A DNA stretch of 63,977 bases, filler included, from Perkinsus olseni (lineage: Eukaryota): NCBI GenBank assembly GCA_013115125.1. It is 3 parts of 3 records of this genome, joined end to end, with 100 filler letters (N's around TTAATTAATTAA, not from the genome) between each part and the next. Parts side by side here need not be neighbours in the genome. Positions count along the whole stretch, not along the records: positions 1 to 23,724 come from JABANN010000517.1; positions 23,825 to 47,517 come from JABANN010000518.1; 1 more part is not named here. One strand, 5' to 3'. The notes under the pieces were generated by a model. It saw nothing but the letters and a program-made list of their open reading frames with translations. It did no database searches and had not been told where the DNA came from. Each line of letters starts with the position of its first letter. Positions within the stretch are counted from its first letter, which is position 1. Shown piece after piece: positions 12,373-24,461 of this stretch. Made by a program: the position numbers and the translations under genes.

Positions 12373-13778
12373 TTATCCAAGACGATGGCCTTCACCAGTG
12401 AAACGCATGTCTCTCTGTTGCCGCATCTGGGCTTGCCTGAGGAAGCAGGAGAACGTGAGCAGCTGGACGACGGTTTGGATTACGCTGCTCGCTAAGCAGA
12501 TAGGCCCGTCTATTCACTGCCGGCCATGCAGAGGGCCGAAGTACAGTAATTTAGAATTGAAGGGGAAGACTACCTCTGATAGTTGGCAGCGGCACCTGGC
12601 TGCCCAGCTCCTGCTCGTACCATCAACTTGTTCCTGAGGGAAGTTATAGGGTTACTACTCTGTAGGAGCGTGGAGGGCCGGCAGCAGACTACATGAATTC
12701 CGGTGTCTTGAGGTAGTCCTTGCCGTACTCCATGGGCACCACATCCCGCAGGAAGTAGTAAATATGAGCCGCCCCCAGGCCTAGGACGTCCATCCAGATA
12801 TCACTGACAAAACATCATAAGGGTGGGACCAGCCTGCAGCTTCAGCGGTCATCATCCAAGAAGCCTTGAACAGCCTTGAACAGCCTTGAACAGCCTTGAA
12901 CAGCGCCACCGCTATCCTGGAGGGCCAGCAGCCGGATAGGGCGAGGCTCATTCCGCCCGCGACAGGCCGCGAAGTGCCGTAGTGACGATTACGCGCGAAG
13001 GGAACAAGAGAGTCTTGTTGTAAGATGATCCGACATGGATGAGCCGGAACCTACCCTCCCATGAGCATCGTGAAGAGCATAAGGGCGAAGGGGAACTGAT
13101 ATCCCTGTATGACAAAGCCGAAGAACGACAGCTGCGCGTTGGGCTCGATCCTGATGGACGGCAACTCTGGTGAAGGGCTAAGCCCGCGCTGCACTACCTG
13201 GACCAATAGTATATGATAGCGAATATGAAGGAGGATCCCAGCAGGGGTAAACCGGACGGGTAATTCAAGAATATGGACAAGACCGCTATAAGGAAGGTCA
13301 CGATGACCGCGAAGTACCTAGTACAGCACGTCTAAGAGTCAGCATGATCGTGATGCGCCAGCTTACGCGTAGTCCCCCGGCATGGCGCTGAATCGGTCAG
13401 AACGCTCCAGTTTCGATCCGAACGAGGTGAAGAAGTATAGCTGAACAACGAGAGGTTACGAGACAGCAGCTGACGAGAGTTCGGTAGTCCTTATGTGTCC
13501 TCACCTGCATGACGAAATTGAAGCTGAATTTGCCTAGGAAGAGCACACTAGTGAAGATCCTCCAAATGTTGAATTTCTCATAGACCAGCCGCCAGTCCAG
13601 TATAACAAGCATTGGATTGAGCAACCTGTTAGAAGGACGCGGTCTGCGTTGGTGGTTACGTGTTGGTGGAAATGTGGTACCCCATCTGCACCAAGCATGT
13701 TGTGATGAACATCGCGGTGAAGATACCGCGAGTGACTATCGGCAGGCCACGGTACCAACCTTCGGGAGTATTGTCCAT
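12373..13778 (-). CDS. Derlin (Der1-like ERAD membrane protein), multi-exon
   Basis: MDNTPEGWYRGLPIVTRGIFT, NIWRIFTSVLFLGKFSFNF, FFGFVIQGYQFPF, HIYYFLRDVVP, and C-terminal FTGEGHRLG* (SHP-box-like). Confidence 0.92.
12861..12904 (+). repeat. 10-bp tandem repeat (CAGCCTTGAA, about 4 copies) in a derlin intron
   Basis: aagccttgaa cagccttgaa cagccttgaa cagccttgaa cagc. Confidence 0.9.
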
Positions 13779-14407
13779 GAGAATATCAAAAAACTTGCAG
13801 TATGGTTTTACAAAGCGGCATGCCCAGCCCCCATGATGGAAAAGTTCCCCACTGCGACTGTTGCCGGGGTTGCTATGACGGAACTCTCTATGCCTCCCGG
13901 GCTTCGACACAGCATCATTCGAGTATTGGCTTCATCCTGTTATCGTATTCACTCCAGTGTTCTCAGCAAACCCACACGATGATGAGACTTGAATAGGTCA
14001 TTTACGGCCCGCCGTATTACCGTAATTCCCCTGCCGGAAGAGCCCTTGTTGACGTGGCATGATTTACCTAGAGCTCCACACCGCCCGCTGCCCTTCCCAG
14101 GCGCTTACCACACGAGTTGGAGCACCAGCCTGTGTATTGGTCGCCGATGCTAAGTCGTCGGAGAGAGTCGCGCTCGCCTCGGATATTGCCGTGGGATGTA
14201 CGCATGAACATATGCTGTATCCTTCCGTGTGCGCAAGATACGCGACATGTTAGTGAATTGTATTCCGTGTATCGAGGCGAAAGTGGCGTATATGGTGGAG
14301 GGTTCGACGTGTCGTGAGTTGCCGAAGGTGAGTTCTCGCCCACGGACTCTGCAGTTATGTATCTGCTGCCTAATTCCCTTGTCCCGCCATCTCCCACTTG
14401 ATCGTCC

Positions 14408-16092
14408 ATGTGTTCGTCTACTGATAACACTGTCTCCGACACTCCCCTTGTCAACAGATGGAACGACTTCGATCCTCTGGAAGAAGTGAGTTGCCTGGGC
14501 GTTCTCATGCAGCCTATCTACTCGTATTTCAGGTCGTGGTTGGGATAGCTGATGGCAGCTGCTTCCCTCCGCACGAGCCTGCTTGTGAGTCCGAGTTTAA
14601 CGACCAGTAATGTTCTATGCTTCTTGGCAACCTTCGCTATGCTTGCCGCCGTCAGGTACACCAAGTATGGTTCCTCTATGTCGCATCCCTTTTCTGAGTT
14701 CTTGCCTTGGCCGACTGGTCCCAAGCTCAAGAGGTTCATCAATCGCTGCAACGAGGAGCTCGACGGTCTCAAGGAAGTATTCATCGCGGTCTTGGCTCGT
14801 ATCCTTAGTGCAGTCCTTCGCTAATCGAGGTTCTTGAGTCCGAGGGTGTTATTGTCAAGCGCCCCGACCCTGCTTGCTGCGACTTCAACGTCCGTACCAA
14901 TACTCCCGACTTCGAAAGTCCGAACCAGTACTGTGCCGTATGCCCTCGCGACGTCATCTGTACGATTGGCAATGAAATCTTGGAAGCCACTATGAGCAAG
15001 AGATCTCGGTAGGCCCCTTACCCTCTGTGTATGGCCGCGGGGATATCGCCTTCAGATACTTCGAATATCGCCCGTACCGAAAACTTTGCCGGTATTACTT
15101 CGACAACGACCCGAAAATGAGGTGGGTATCGGCTCCGAAGCCTCTTATGGCTGACTCGTCCTACAACCCGGAGTTTTGGACCTGGAACGAGGAGCAGAGG
15201 AAGGTGACCCCCGTGTTGCATAGCTCCGGTTTCTGATCACCTGTGTCAGGCGAATATGCACGATTATCGCTTCTGCTGCAACGAAAACGAAGTGCTCTTC
15301 GACGCGGCCGACACTCAGTTGATTGGAGATGTGCTGCTCGTCCAACACTCCATGACCACTAATTTGGCCGGTATCCGCTGGCTCAAGAGACATTATCAAC
15401 CTCAGGGTATCAAGGTGAGGTTTATTGATAGTTGCTTGGGTGGGAAGTTGCAAGTTCACGCAGGTTCGAACTCTACATTTCCCCTATGATTTATACCCGT
15501 CGCACATTGATTGCACATTTGTCAGTGTCAGGCCGGGCCTGGTGAGCGTCGATTTCACGCCGCGTTGGTAGTATTCATTTCGGCAGGTTATCACGAATCC
15601 CGACCGTCCACCTGTTGAGGAAGAGATCAAACTCTTTAAGCAGAACGACTGGAGGTTGGTTGATGTACGGTTTGATGGACAATCCGTCTTTTTTACATGC
15701 AGCTCTCTTTGTCAGGTTCCCATGTGGAACGGTACCAAGGAGCACCCGGTATTTTGTCAGTCTTCGCGTTGGCTATCAATGAACGTTTTTTCAATTACCC
15801 CCGACAAGATCTGTGTGGAAGATGACGAGCAGGATCTTATCCGACTTCTCGAGGGAGAATACGGTTTTGACGTCCTCGGTATTCCGTATCGTGGTGTATT
15901 CGAATTCGGAGGATCGCTGCATTGCTCCACCTGGGATGTTCGCCGTCGCGGGGGTAAACGAGACTATTTCCCCGATTGGACAGGTGAGGGTGTATTTGTC
16001 TTTCAGGATACTCAGCAAGTAGAATTCAGCCATGTTTGCTCTCAGGTTGCGAAGAGGATATCGGCCTAACTAAGCTTACACAACTGCCATGA
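14408..16092 (+). CDS. L-arginine:glycine amidinotransferase, CyrA/AoaA-like, about 10 exons
   Basis: Spliced translation: MCSSTDNTVSDTPLVNRWNDFDPLEE|VVVGIADGSCFPPHEPA...NQYCAVCPRDVICTIGNEILEATMSKRSR|YFEYRPYRKL...FDAAD...SMTTNLAGIRWLKRH...FPYDLYPSHIDCTF...FCQSSRWLSMNV...FEFGGSLHCSTWDVRR. The Asp-His-Cys triad is present. Stop is at 16092 if the last intron is spliced, 16069 if not. Confidence 0.93.
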
Positions 16093-16768
16093 ATGTCAAA
16101 GATCAACTTGTATCCCATTGACACTATCTCTTTATTTGATATTACGTGATAAGGCTCTTATCTTACGCGCGCTATTGCTTCGGTGATTTTGATTTCTAGA
16201 GGAGAAACGATTTGCGTTAACGTAATGGATAGTGATATTGAGTTAGCAGTACGTAAGTAGGATATCGTGAGTCGATATTGAGTTTATCATTAAGATTTTC
16301 TACTCTAGGAGATGAAAACCACCACGATGTTCTTCCATCTATTGGAAGAAAAGCGGCGATAGTGGCTCCATTGACGTCATGATTGTCGACGACGCAGGAG
16401 GACGGAAAATGAACAGGGTTATGATGGATGGTACTTTTTATCTGCCACTCCTCGCCCAATTCCAACCACTATACGAAGACACCAAAACATTGTTCACCGA
16501 AGATATATCAAATTAGTAACCAGGTTGTCCTTTCATTAGTTGGTGTAGTCTAGGTCTGTTACGGACAAGATTATTCCACCACTAGTGATATGCGACAGAT
16601 TTTCTGAGCAAGAAAGCTTAGGTCTTTCCCAATTCAGTTCCGCGGTTAGAGGGCAGCTTTTCCTCGCGCCGCCCCTAATAATATATTGTGCACCATGAAG
16701 GGTTGTGTTAACTGCCTCGACACACCAACGCAACCGAAAAACTTTGTCCAGAAACTGAAGAGAGGTGA

Positions 16769-19700
16769 TTAAGCTGACTCTTCATCCGACGATGCAGTGG
16801 CGTGATTCAACTGCTCCTGAAAATCGTTGAGTTCCTTCTCCACGGTTTGCACATAGGTTTGGCCGCCACGAGCTTCAACCTAAGAAGCGAGTCATGGCAA
16901 TCGCTCGATGCTCATCTGCTTGCTCCTTGGAAAGGTCATGTCTCACCTCGGTGTGGTCCTTCACGTGCTTATCCATCTCCTTGACTGCCTGTTTCCTAGC
17001 CTTCTTGCTGATCTCGGAACCATCAGCAAACGTAAGCGGGAGTCCGGCTTCATCCCACGACCCATACCTGCGACCACCTTCTGTGCAGTCGTGATCGAAG
17101 ACCCACAAGCCCCTACTTCGACTCATCACGAAGGAATTCGACAGGGTCCACTAAAGCCTTCGTCCACCGTTGAAGCTCCTTCGCCTTCTCTTGAACCTTA
17201 GTTTCCAGCTTCCGTCTCTCCTTCAGACGGGCCTCGCGCTTCTTCTGAGCTTTCTTCGACTCAATCTCACGCTTCAACGCTAGCGGATCTTCCAGTGACC
17301 ACACACTAAGAGAAAGCGAGCCGATACTCTCCTGGAGGCACCCAGAGACTTTGTCCTGTTACCTGCTTCCATCCGCCTTATCCTCGAGGCGAACTCCGAG
17401 ATCGACCATGGTCTCATCGCGAAGCTCGTCGCACATCCGCAGCAGCGTCTTGTTCTTGTCTGCCTGGGCTGCCGACCGAAGCTGCTCGCGGAAGGAGGCG
17501 AAGGCAGTGAGAACTTTAGAGAGAGTCTTGGACTCCTCGCCTTGGGCTCCACTCGAGAGGCCAAGGACATCCGCGTTGTCCGCAACACCGAAGATAGTCA
17601 GCATCTTCTGCACCTGAGCAAATGGCGCGCGACGTGAAATTCCTACCCATCCTGAAAACCCCCACGTATTGTGCAGCTTGCTGGACGAGCGGGGCCTTGG
17701 GGTTCTCAGACTTCACCATATACGAGTTCACAGCCGTAACGATGTTGTCAAGCTGGGTCATTGCCTCCGACCTGTGAACGATTTTACCCGCCAACCCCCC
17801 ACTGCAGTACCACTACGTGTTGAAATTGTCGCAAATCGCCTCATGAACTGCGGCCATAGCTGTAGCGATCTGGTCGTTGATGCTAAAGTCGAGGGACTCC
17901 TCCTCCCATCTACAACCAGTCAGTTAGACCAAACCTGTCGAGGCGCGCTCATTACTTCTGTCTGATGGAGTAGGGAGGTCTGGTACGCAGCAGCTCCTTC
18001 ACTCGGTTGAAGAAGGAATTAAAACGAGATTCCTAAGAACGAAACGCTAATATAAAAAAGGCGGAGCGATGCAACATACCTTATCCTTCGCCTCAGCGAT
18101 GGTCTGATCAGAGAAATTGATTGGCTTATCCCACTGCTGGAGCAAGAACATGATGCGCAGCTGACGGGCAGTGTAACTGACGAATCGAAAGATACTCCTA
18201 CCATCCAGCACTGAGGCACCGGAATGGGTACCATCTGATCCGTGAATCGCAAACTACCTCTGCAACGCCTGTCTAATGGTAATGAAGTTTTTGAGACTTT
18301 TACTCATCTTGAGGCCCTTGATGTGCAAGTGGCCCGCATGAAGGAAGTAGTTGACCCACTGAGAGTCAGCTGTGTCACAGCTGCCACAGGAATCACCTGA
18401 AGGCAGAAGCCTCAAAGCCAAACTACCCCCGAACGGCATCTACTGAAGTGATAAGCTTCACTCTGGGCAATCTCGTTGTCGTGGTGGGGGAACTTGAGAT
18501 CCGAACCACCCCCATGGATGTCGATATGTGCTCCCAACACTTCACTCGCCATCACCTAAAGCATGCGTGGTAGATCAGGTCTTGGGGAGGCGATCATTAC
18601 ACTGCACTCGATATGCCAGCCAGGGCGACCCGGGCCCCATGGAGACTCCCAGCTGGGCTCGCCACGCTTAGAACTCTTCCAGAGCGCGAAGTCATTTCGG
18701 TGTCTCTTCTCAGAGCCGAAGTCACCACCGGTGGCATTGGCCGAGAGCGCGCCTGTGCAGTAAAAGCATAACCCAAGAGTTTTGGTGGAACAGCATTATG
18801 TAGTAGTCATCCCGCCTTCTACCTTCTCCTTCCGCTATTTCAGCATCAGTCGCTCCCTTCCCCGCAGACGGCACCAGCTTGGGATAGTCAAAACCATGGG
18901 TCTACCGATTCAACTAGTGACCTCCAACTTGCCCGTCCAGCCACGACTACCTTATATCGCTCCGTGTCGAAATACACCGAGCCCTTGCTCTCATAGGCGA
19001 TACCACGCTGTACAAGAGTCTTGATAAACTCGACGACCTCCGGCACGTACCTACTCACAGGCCGGCGCTGCTATCACGTCACACGTCATACCTGGGGACC
19101 TTACTCAGTGATGCGGGTCATTACAGTTGGCTCTCTGATACCCAAGGATTCGCAGTCCTCAAGGAACTCCTTCTCGTACTTCCTGCCGTAAAGGCGATAT
19201 CACCATCACCTGGGAATCGTCTAAGTCCGCCCACCTTGCGTGAGCGTAGAAGATCTCTTTATCCTCAATGGTGGCTCCGAATTGCTCGTCAAGCCAGTCA
19301 GCGAGGAGGTCCCGGCAAAGGTCAATGAAGTTCTGGCCCTTAACAAAGCACAGAGCTACGACCACCACAGTGAGCAACGAGACCTTACGTCCGCGGACGG
19401 GGAGGCCGACAGAGCGTCGAATTTCGCCTTCAGATCCTCAGCCTGGCCAACCTTCATCTCTTGCTGGGCAACCAGAGTAGACTGCTCCTCGAACTCTCGA
19501 GAGGATGGATCGATCTGAATCGGATCCCGCTTCTCCGATGGTGGCCAGCCCGAGCTATGAATATCACTACATTTTCCGCCTTCATTTCAGTCAACTTCTG
19601 ATGCGCCTTCTGCACGTTTCTTTCCACTACAAACCCGCAGTCAGCCTTGACCTTCTCCAGGCTGTGATGACTACTAGAGTACCTTCAGATAACATGGACG

Positions 19701-20228
19701 TCTTACAAAAGCCTCACTCGTGATTGCGATCCGCGAACCCGATAGAGGTGGTGAGAGGAGGCGTTGAGTGAAGCCATTACTGTCGAACTAGCTCGGCCTT
19801 GCGAGCCTTCAAAATGATCTTATCATCGATATCAGTGATGTTCATCTGGTAGAAAACACGGTACCTGCAGGGGAAGCCAATGGAAGCGACAGCTCTCTTC
19901 TGGACGATATGTCTCCCCCGTCACTCCCGCGCTATTACTGGAAGTAATCCTCCAGAATCCTTCGAATAATATCGAAGGTGAGGTACGCCCGGGCGTGTCC
20001 CATATGGGCCGAGTCGTACACAGTGGGACCGCAGACGTACATGCGGACCTCCTTCCCATTGATCGGTATGAAAGGAACCTAACCAGCCCCGAGTTGTGGA
20101 AGGAGTGGTATGCGGTCAACCCGTAGTACCTTAGTGTCAGTAAGAGAGTTATGGACCTTCAAGCCCATATCGCCCAAAGGGTTAGCCTTCGGCTTGTGCC
20201 ACTCCGGAAAACTGGTTGAAGAAGACAT
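16769..20228 (-). CDS. CARS1: Cysteinyl-tRNA synthetase (eukaryotic cytosolic type), multi-exon
   Basis: [40 protein letters not shown] (HIGH-like), [69 protein letters not shown]...GVRLED. Confidence 0.96.
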
Positions 20229-22092
20229 AAGACGGATTATTCGCGACAGAGAGGGCAGCCACAGAGAGTGGTAAAAGCTGAGGCAAGAAGCTCATTCCAC
20301 GAGGCGAGCCGTCAATGAGCAGGGAATCTAACAGGGAAATCGGGAAAAAGCGATGCACAGAGATGCTGAGATTCAACCCCATACGGATGCCTGCCTCGCG
20401 ACCCTATTCAACTATCAATACCCGACCCGTACCCCTGAGGGAAGCTCCTTGACGAACGTCCGATTGCACTGCATATCAGCGCTACAGAGAGTCCCTACTG
20501 AGCACCTCCGCGAGTCTTAAGCCGGATTAGTCGTTGGACTATAAGCACACAGTGTCTTCAGCGTCAAATCGGATAAGGCGAGATTGTCTTCTTCTGTATC
20601 AGACGAATGGTGGGTGAGCCTAGGTCGAATGGCGCACACGGCGAAAGTCGTCAGAGGCGTATCCTTGTTCTCCCCTAGGGCTCTCAGCCAAAAATGATGT
20701 GCCATTCACATTCGCTCTCCACAGGTTATTTGCCGCTACAAGAAATTGGGAGAACCGCCACCGGAGGGCGTACACTACTGAGACGGCGTGGACTAGTTGT
20801 GATTGATTACATTAGCCTGAAGTGGCGACGGGATCGAGAAAGAAGAAGCTCCGAAGTGAAATAGCGCGCGCCCGAACGGGCTAACACGGAGACTGGTGGA
20901 TAGAGCACTCTTACTGTGTTGTATTCTTCTTATCCATAGGTGTAACGCAAAGCCAAAGGGAGCTTGTGAGATGGATCTTTATAAAGCTAGGTAATGCCCA
21001 CACTCTTCTGCACGCATGAACATAGACGAAGTGTAACAAAGTGTTGAAGGTCCGACCTTCAGCCTGACTCAACCGAGAAGCTCTACTGCGACGGTCCGCA
21101 GTGCTGAACTGCAGGACGGCAATGAGCGCGATGAAACAAGTTGAATCGATATTATTTCGATCAATACTATGTATCAACACGCGAAGTGTCTTGTGATAAA
21201 CTCTCCAGTATCCGTTCGTGCCTGTGCACGCAGGAACATACCCCTGGGACGTGACGGGGGAGTCTCCCCGCGATGAGCACGCTTGACGGATTCTTAGCAA
21301 GGATTTTATCATTTGTCCGCTGTTCTCCAGTGATTCTGAAACCCGACTTCGTTCCACCATCTTGCCGTGGATGACGATCGGGGGAACGCTTCACCAATGT
21401 TACCTCCATGATGAGAGCCGGCATCAACCCAAGATATCACGCGTAAAGTCCATTGAGGAAGTGCTGAAGATGATATGGGCGCACATACCGGACCGTAATC
21501 AATTCGAGTGTTCGGGTTGTTTGTTCCGGTCTCCACATTTCCCGTCGCGTCGCGTTATACATTCTTCAGCTGATCCAACTAACATAGCGACCTTACTGTT
21601 TAAATTAAGCCTTGCATGATGAGTTGCTCATTACTCGTTGTGATGAGTAGATCGTTGTTACCATGGTGAAGGGGGCGACCTGTTGCCCCCAGCTGAACTT
21701 GCTATGGGAACGATCGCCATCACGATTGCCAGAAAGGTCTCCATTAGAAGTGGGTCATCAATCCACGTCCGCCTTGATTAGGATATCTCTTTCTCAAGCC
21801 CGGAAAACGTGATCAGGTAAGAACGCAACACTGGTTTGAAGCTAAGTCTCAAGTACCTTCGACCAACTTAGGAGATGGGACGTAATACGGTACCGTAGAA
21901 AGATCAGAGAATTATGCGACACATGATACAGACGATTCGTTAAGAGTCAAACGCCAGCTCCTCGGACGACGGTTATGCAACCCTCGAGCGACTACTAGCA
22001 CAGTAAGAAATCAACGGGGCGATCTCTCCTGCTGCTCAAGGAAGAACCTCGACGTTGCAAGAGATTCGATGATGATACTGATTACTATTCGG

Positions 22093-22190
22093 ACTACAAC
22101 GGTTGTCGTACAACCGAAGCGAGCGACAACAACGGTTGTCGTACAACCGAAGCGAGCGACTACAACGGTTGTCGTACAACCGGAGCGAAC
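22093..22190 (+). repeat. 33-bp tandem repeat x3, each unit with an internal 7-bp inverted repeat
   Basis: Unit AC(T/A)ACAACGGTTGTCGTACAACCGAAGCGAGCG; CGGTTGT-cgt-ACAACCG can form a hairpin. Confidence 0.9.
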
Positions 22191-22610
22191 ATGAAATGGT
22201 CTGGTTTCAGCGAGCAAAAAGTCCCACCACAGAAAGAAAAGTTGAGCAGCTTTCACCACCTATGGAAGTGAACTTCCCAACTGAAATAACACCTCCCAAC
22301 CAACCACCGCGATATACCAGATCCGAGAAAGAATGATTTAACTTTGACAATTACAAAGAGTCGCCGATGCCCAAAATAATAATGGACAGCGGCCAGCAGC
22401 AAACTCGCAGTCCTTACACGAAAACTTATAGCGTCCGGAAATAACGACTTTCGAGGACCTCAACTACATCCAGCGACTGTGAGAGCCTCAATGCGGCTAG
22501 TGGCTATAACAAATGTTCTTGAAGACTGAGATTAACCCGACCGCTCGCTTGCCACTATTTACGGCTGCTACGTGCTACGGCACGCTGGAGACAACATGGG
22601 CGTTACCGAC

Positions 22611-23636
22611 CTATGCGCACATGCCCAAGCACTGGTCCAAGGAACGGCAAACACGATTATCAGCGACGAATATATCGGAGGCATCCGCGACGGAATGGAT
22701 GTCGCACTGAGCTACCAGGTCGCCAGATAAACGAAGGACCTCGACCAGAGCGTCAGCGAGCTTGTTGGCCTTAGCAGAGAGAGGCTCAGCAGCGAGCAAT
22801 CCTTCAAGAAGAGAAGGGGCAACTTCCTCATCGGTTAACAGCTGGATGGTAACCTCATTAGACTCGCAGTGACCGAGAAGCCTACACGCCGCGATAACCA
22901 CGCAAGTAGCCTCGTCAGCGAGCACCTTGCTCATAAGACCCTTCCTAGTGAGAACAGCCTGGGCACCAACATCGCCACAATCACATAAGACGGAGAGAGC
23001 TTCGCACTTGACTGACTCGTTGGTGTCCTCAACCATATCGACCTCGAAGCTCAACTCCTCCACAGTGGGCATATCCACATCTTCCATGTCAAGCGGCGGC
23101 ATGCTGTCCAGCAACTCGGCACTAGTTGAAGGAGTTGCTTCGCCCATCAGATGAGCTCTGCACCTCTCAAATACGTCAAGGAAGACATCACGGCTCCCTT
23201 GGTCACAACGGAAACAAAACCTCATCTGCTCTTCAGAGAGGAAGAAGATAAGTACACAGACCGACGCCATCTGTCCCCAAGCATCATAAACGTCCATAGC
23301 AAGCTTAAACTTGTCCTGCTTGACGGTGATATCACAGTCTTCCATGACATCCTCTAAGAATTCCACCACCGAGTTGGCAGTGAGCTGGTGGTCTTGTGTG
23401 TAGACATCAACACTCGTGACAGGATAAATATACATGGGGTCAGCCGGGCACCTTGGAGGCAGACCCTCGAAGCGCCCAGAACGGCAAATCTTCGATAGGG
23501 GCTTGGCGGCGCCGAAGTTAGGCAAGCCACTCATGTCAATAGCAGAATAATCCAGGGCAACTCCCCTGGTGACCTCCTCGGGGGCGTCGAATGCGTTGTC
23601 GTCGTCTACAACATTCTGCAGTTGTTTCCTATCCAT
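22611..23636 (-). CDS. Intronless 341-aa hypothetical protein (possible KA1-like alpha/beta domain followed by a helical-repeat C-terminus)
   Basis: ATG-initiated acidic ORF. Centre DITVKQDKFKLAMDVY..SVCVLIF..RFCFRCDQGSRDVFLDVFERCR recalls the KA1 pattern; the domain call is tentative. Confidence 0.75.
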   Translation of the reverse strand: MDRKQLQNVVDDDNAFDAPEEVTRGVALDYSAIDMSGLPNFGAAKPLSKICRSGRFEGLPPRCPADPMYIYPVTSVDVYTQDHQLTANSVVEFLEDVMEDCDITVKQDKFKLAMDVYDAWGQMASVCVLIFFLSEEQMRFCFRCDQGSRDVFLDVFERCRAHLMGEATPSTSAELLDSMPPLDMEDVDMPTVEELSFEVDMVEDTNESVKCEALSVLCDCGDVGAQAVLTRKGLMSKVLADEATCVVIAACRLLGHCESNEVTIQLLTDEEVAPSLLEGLLAAEPLSAKANKLADALVEVLRLSGDLVAQCDIHSVADASDIFVADNRVCRSLDQCLGMCA

Positions 23637-23724
23637 TCAAGTAGTAACAAGTAATTGACCGGTCAATTTATTGGGCGAGTTTAAAGCGAGGCGCGCGCGA
23701 TCGCGATTAGGAGGGAACATATGG

Positions 23725-23824
23725 NNNNNNNNNNNNNNNNNNNNNNNNNNNNNNNNNNNNNNNNNNNNTTAATTAATTAANNNNNNNNNNNNNNNNNNNN
23801 NNNNNNNNNNNNNNNNNNNNNNNN
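23725..23824. other. Artificial linker/assembly gap
   Basis: 44 N + TTAATTAATTAA (stops in all six frames) + 44 N = 100 nt. Confidence 0.97.
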
Positions 23825-24182
23825 GCGGTAGCGGAACACTCCCATTCTTCCATCATTCGTGCACTTGCTTGAACTTGCTCTCTTGCGAGACCTTCACCTA
23901 TCCTCACAATCCTTGTGATTTCCTTGGTAGATCACTACACGTAGATGGAGGGGTTCCATGTTTGTGTGTCGATGCATGAATGTTACGAGTATTTCTATCA
24001 GACTTTGGATGGTTCGAGAGAAGTTAGATAGAGCATCATCCAGATAGAGTACCATCCAGATAGAGTACCCTAATCTATATAGAGAGAATCATCCCCTCTA
24101 TCCTATAGAATCTTACCTAGAGTATATCCTATAATATTAGAGAGTGATAAGAGTATGTCGATGGAACTGTGTGGGGGGGGTC

Positions 24183-24461
24183 TCATAATAAGTTTCCCCT
24201 CAGGTATCGGTTCAGCTGCTTGGAGATTCCGAAATAAGTCCACAGCACAGAGCCGTCCTCAGGACCCAGAATGTGGGAATTCGATGTATGCAGGAATCGA
24301 ACCGGGGACCTTTTGATTACCTCAGGGTCGTGACATCGAAGCGGTAGGCAGCAGAGTGTCATATGAACCCAAGGAGGCCCCTCAGAGGTCTCCACCTCTA
24401 CCGAGTTGTGCGCCAGATGTGCTTTTGAAATATCAGTCATTGATGCAGGTAGTAGCAGCAT
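24183..24461 (-). pseudogene. Possible decayed reverse-transcriptase fragment
   Basis: TDISKAHL, CLPLRC and KRSPVRFL loosely follow RT motif order; no YxDD. Confidence 0.25.

Noticed and set aside
10726-16092. Toxin biosynthetic cluster (amidinotransferase plus MFS exporter plus aminotransferase)
   Set aside because: No PKS/NRPS; derlin and CysRS flank the gene; the aminotransferase lies beyond two artificial joins.
20229-20382. Organelle-targeting extension upstream of CysRS
   Set aside because: The upstream hydrophobic ORF is out of frame and the CysRS frame has a TGA about 22 codons upstream; alternative splicing cannot be shown from sequence.
22093-22190. CRISPR-like array (33-bp hairpin repeats)
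   Set aside because: Units abut with no unique spacers, there are no cas genes, and the context is eukaryotic.
23769-23780. TTAATTAATTAA as a biological motif (piggyBac site, PacI repeat)
   Set aside because: It is centred in identical N runs twice, so it is an assembly linker.
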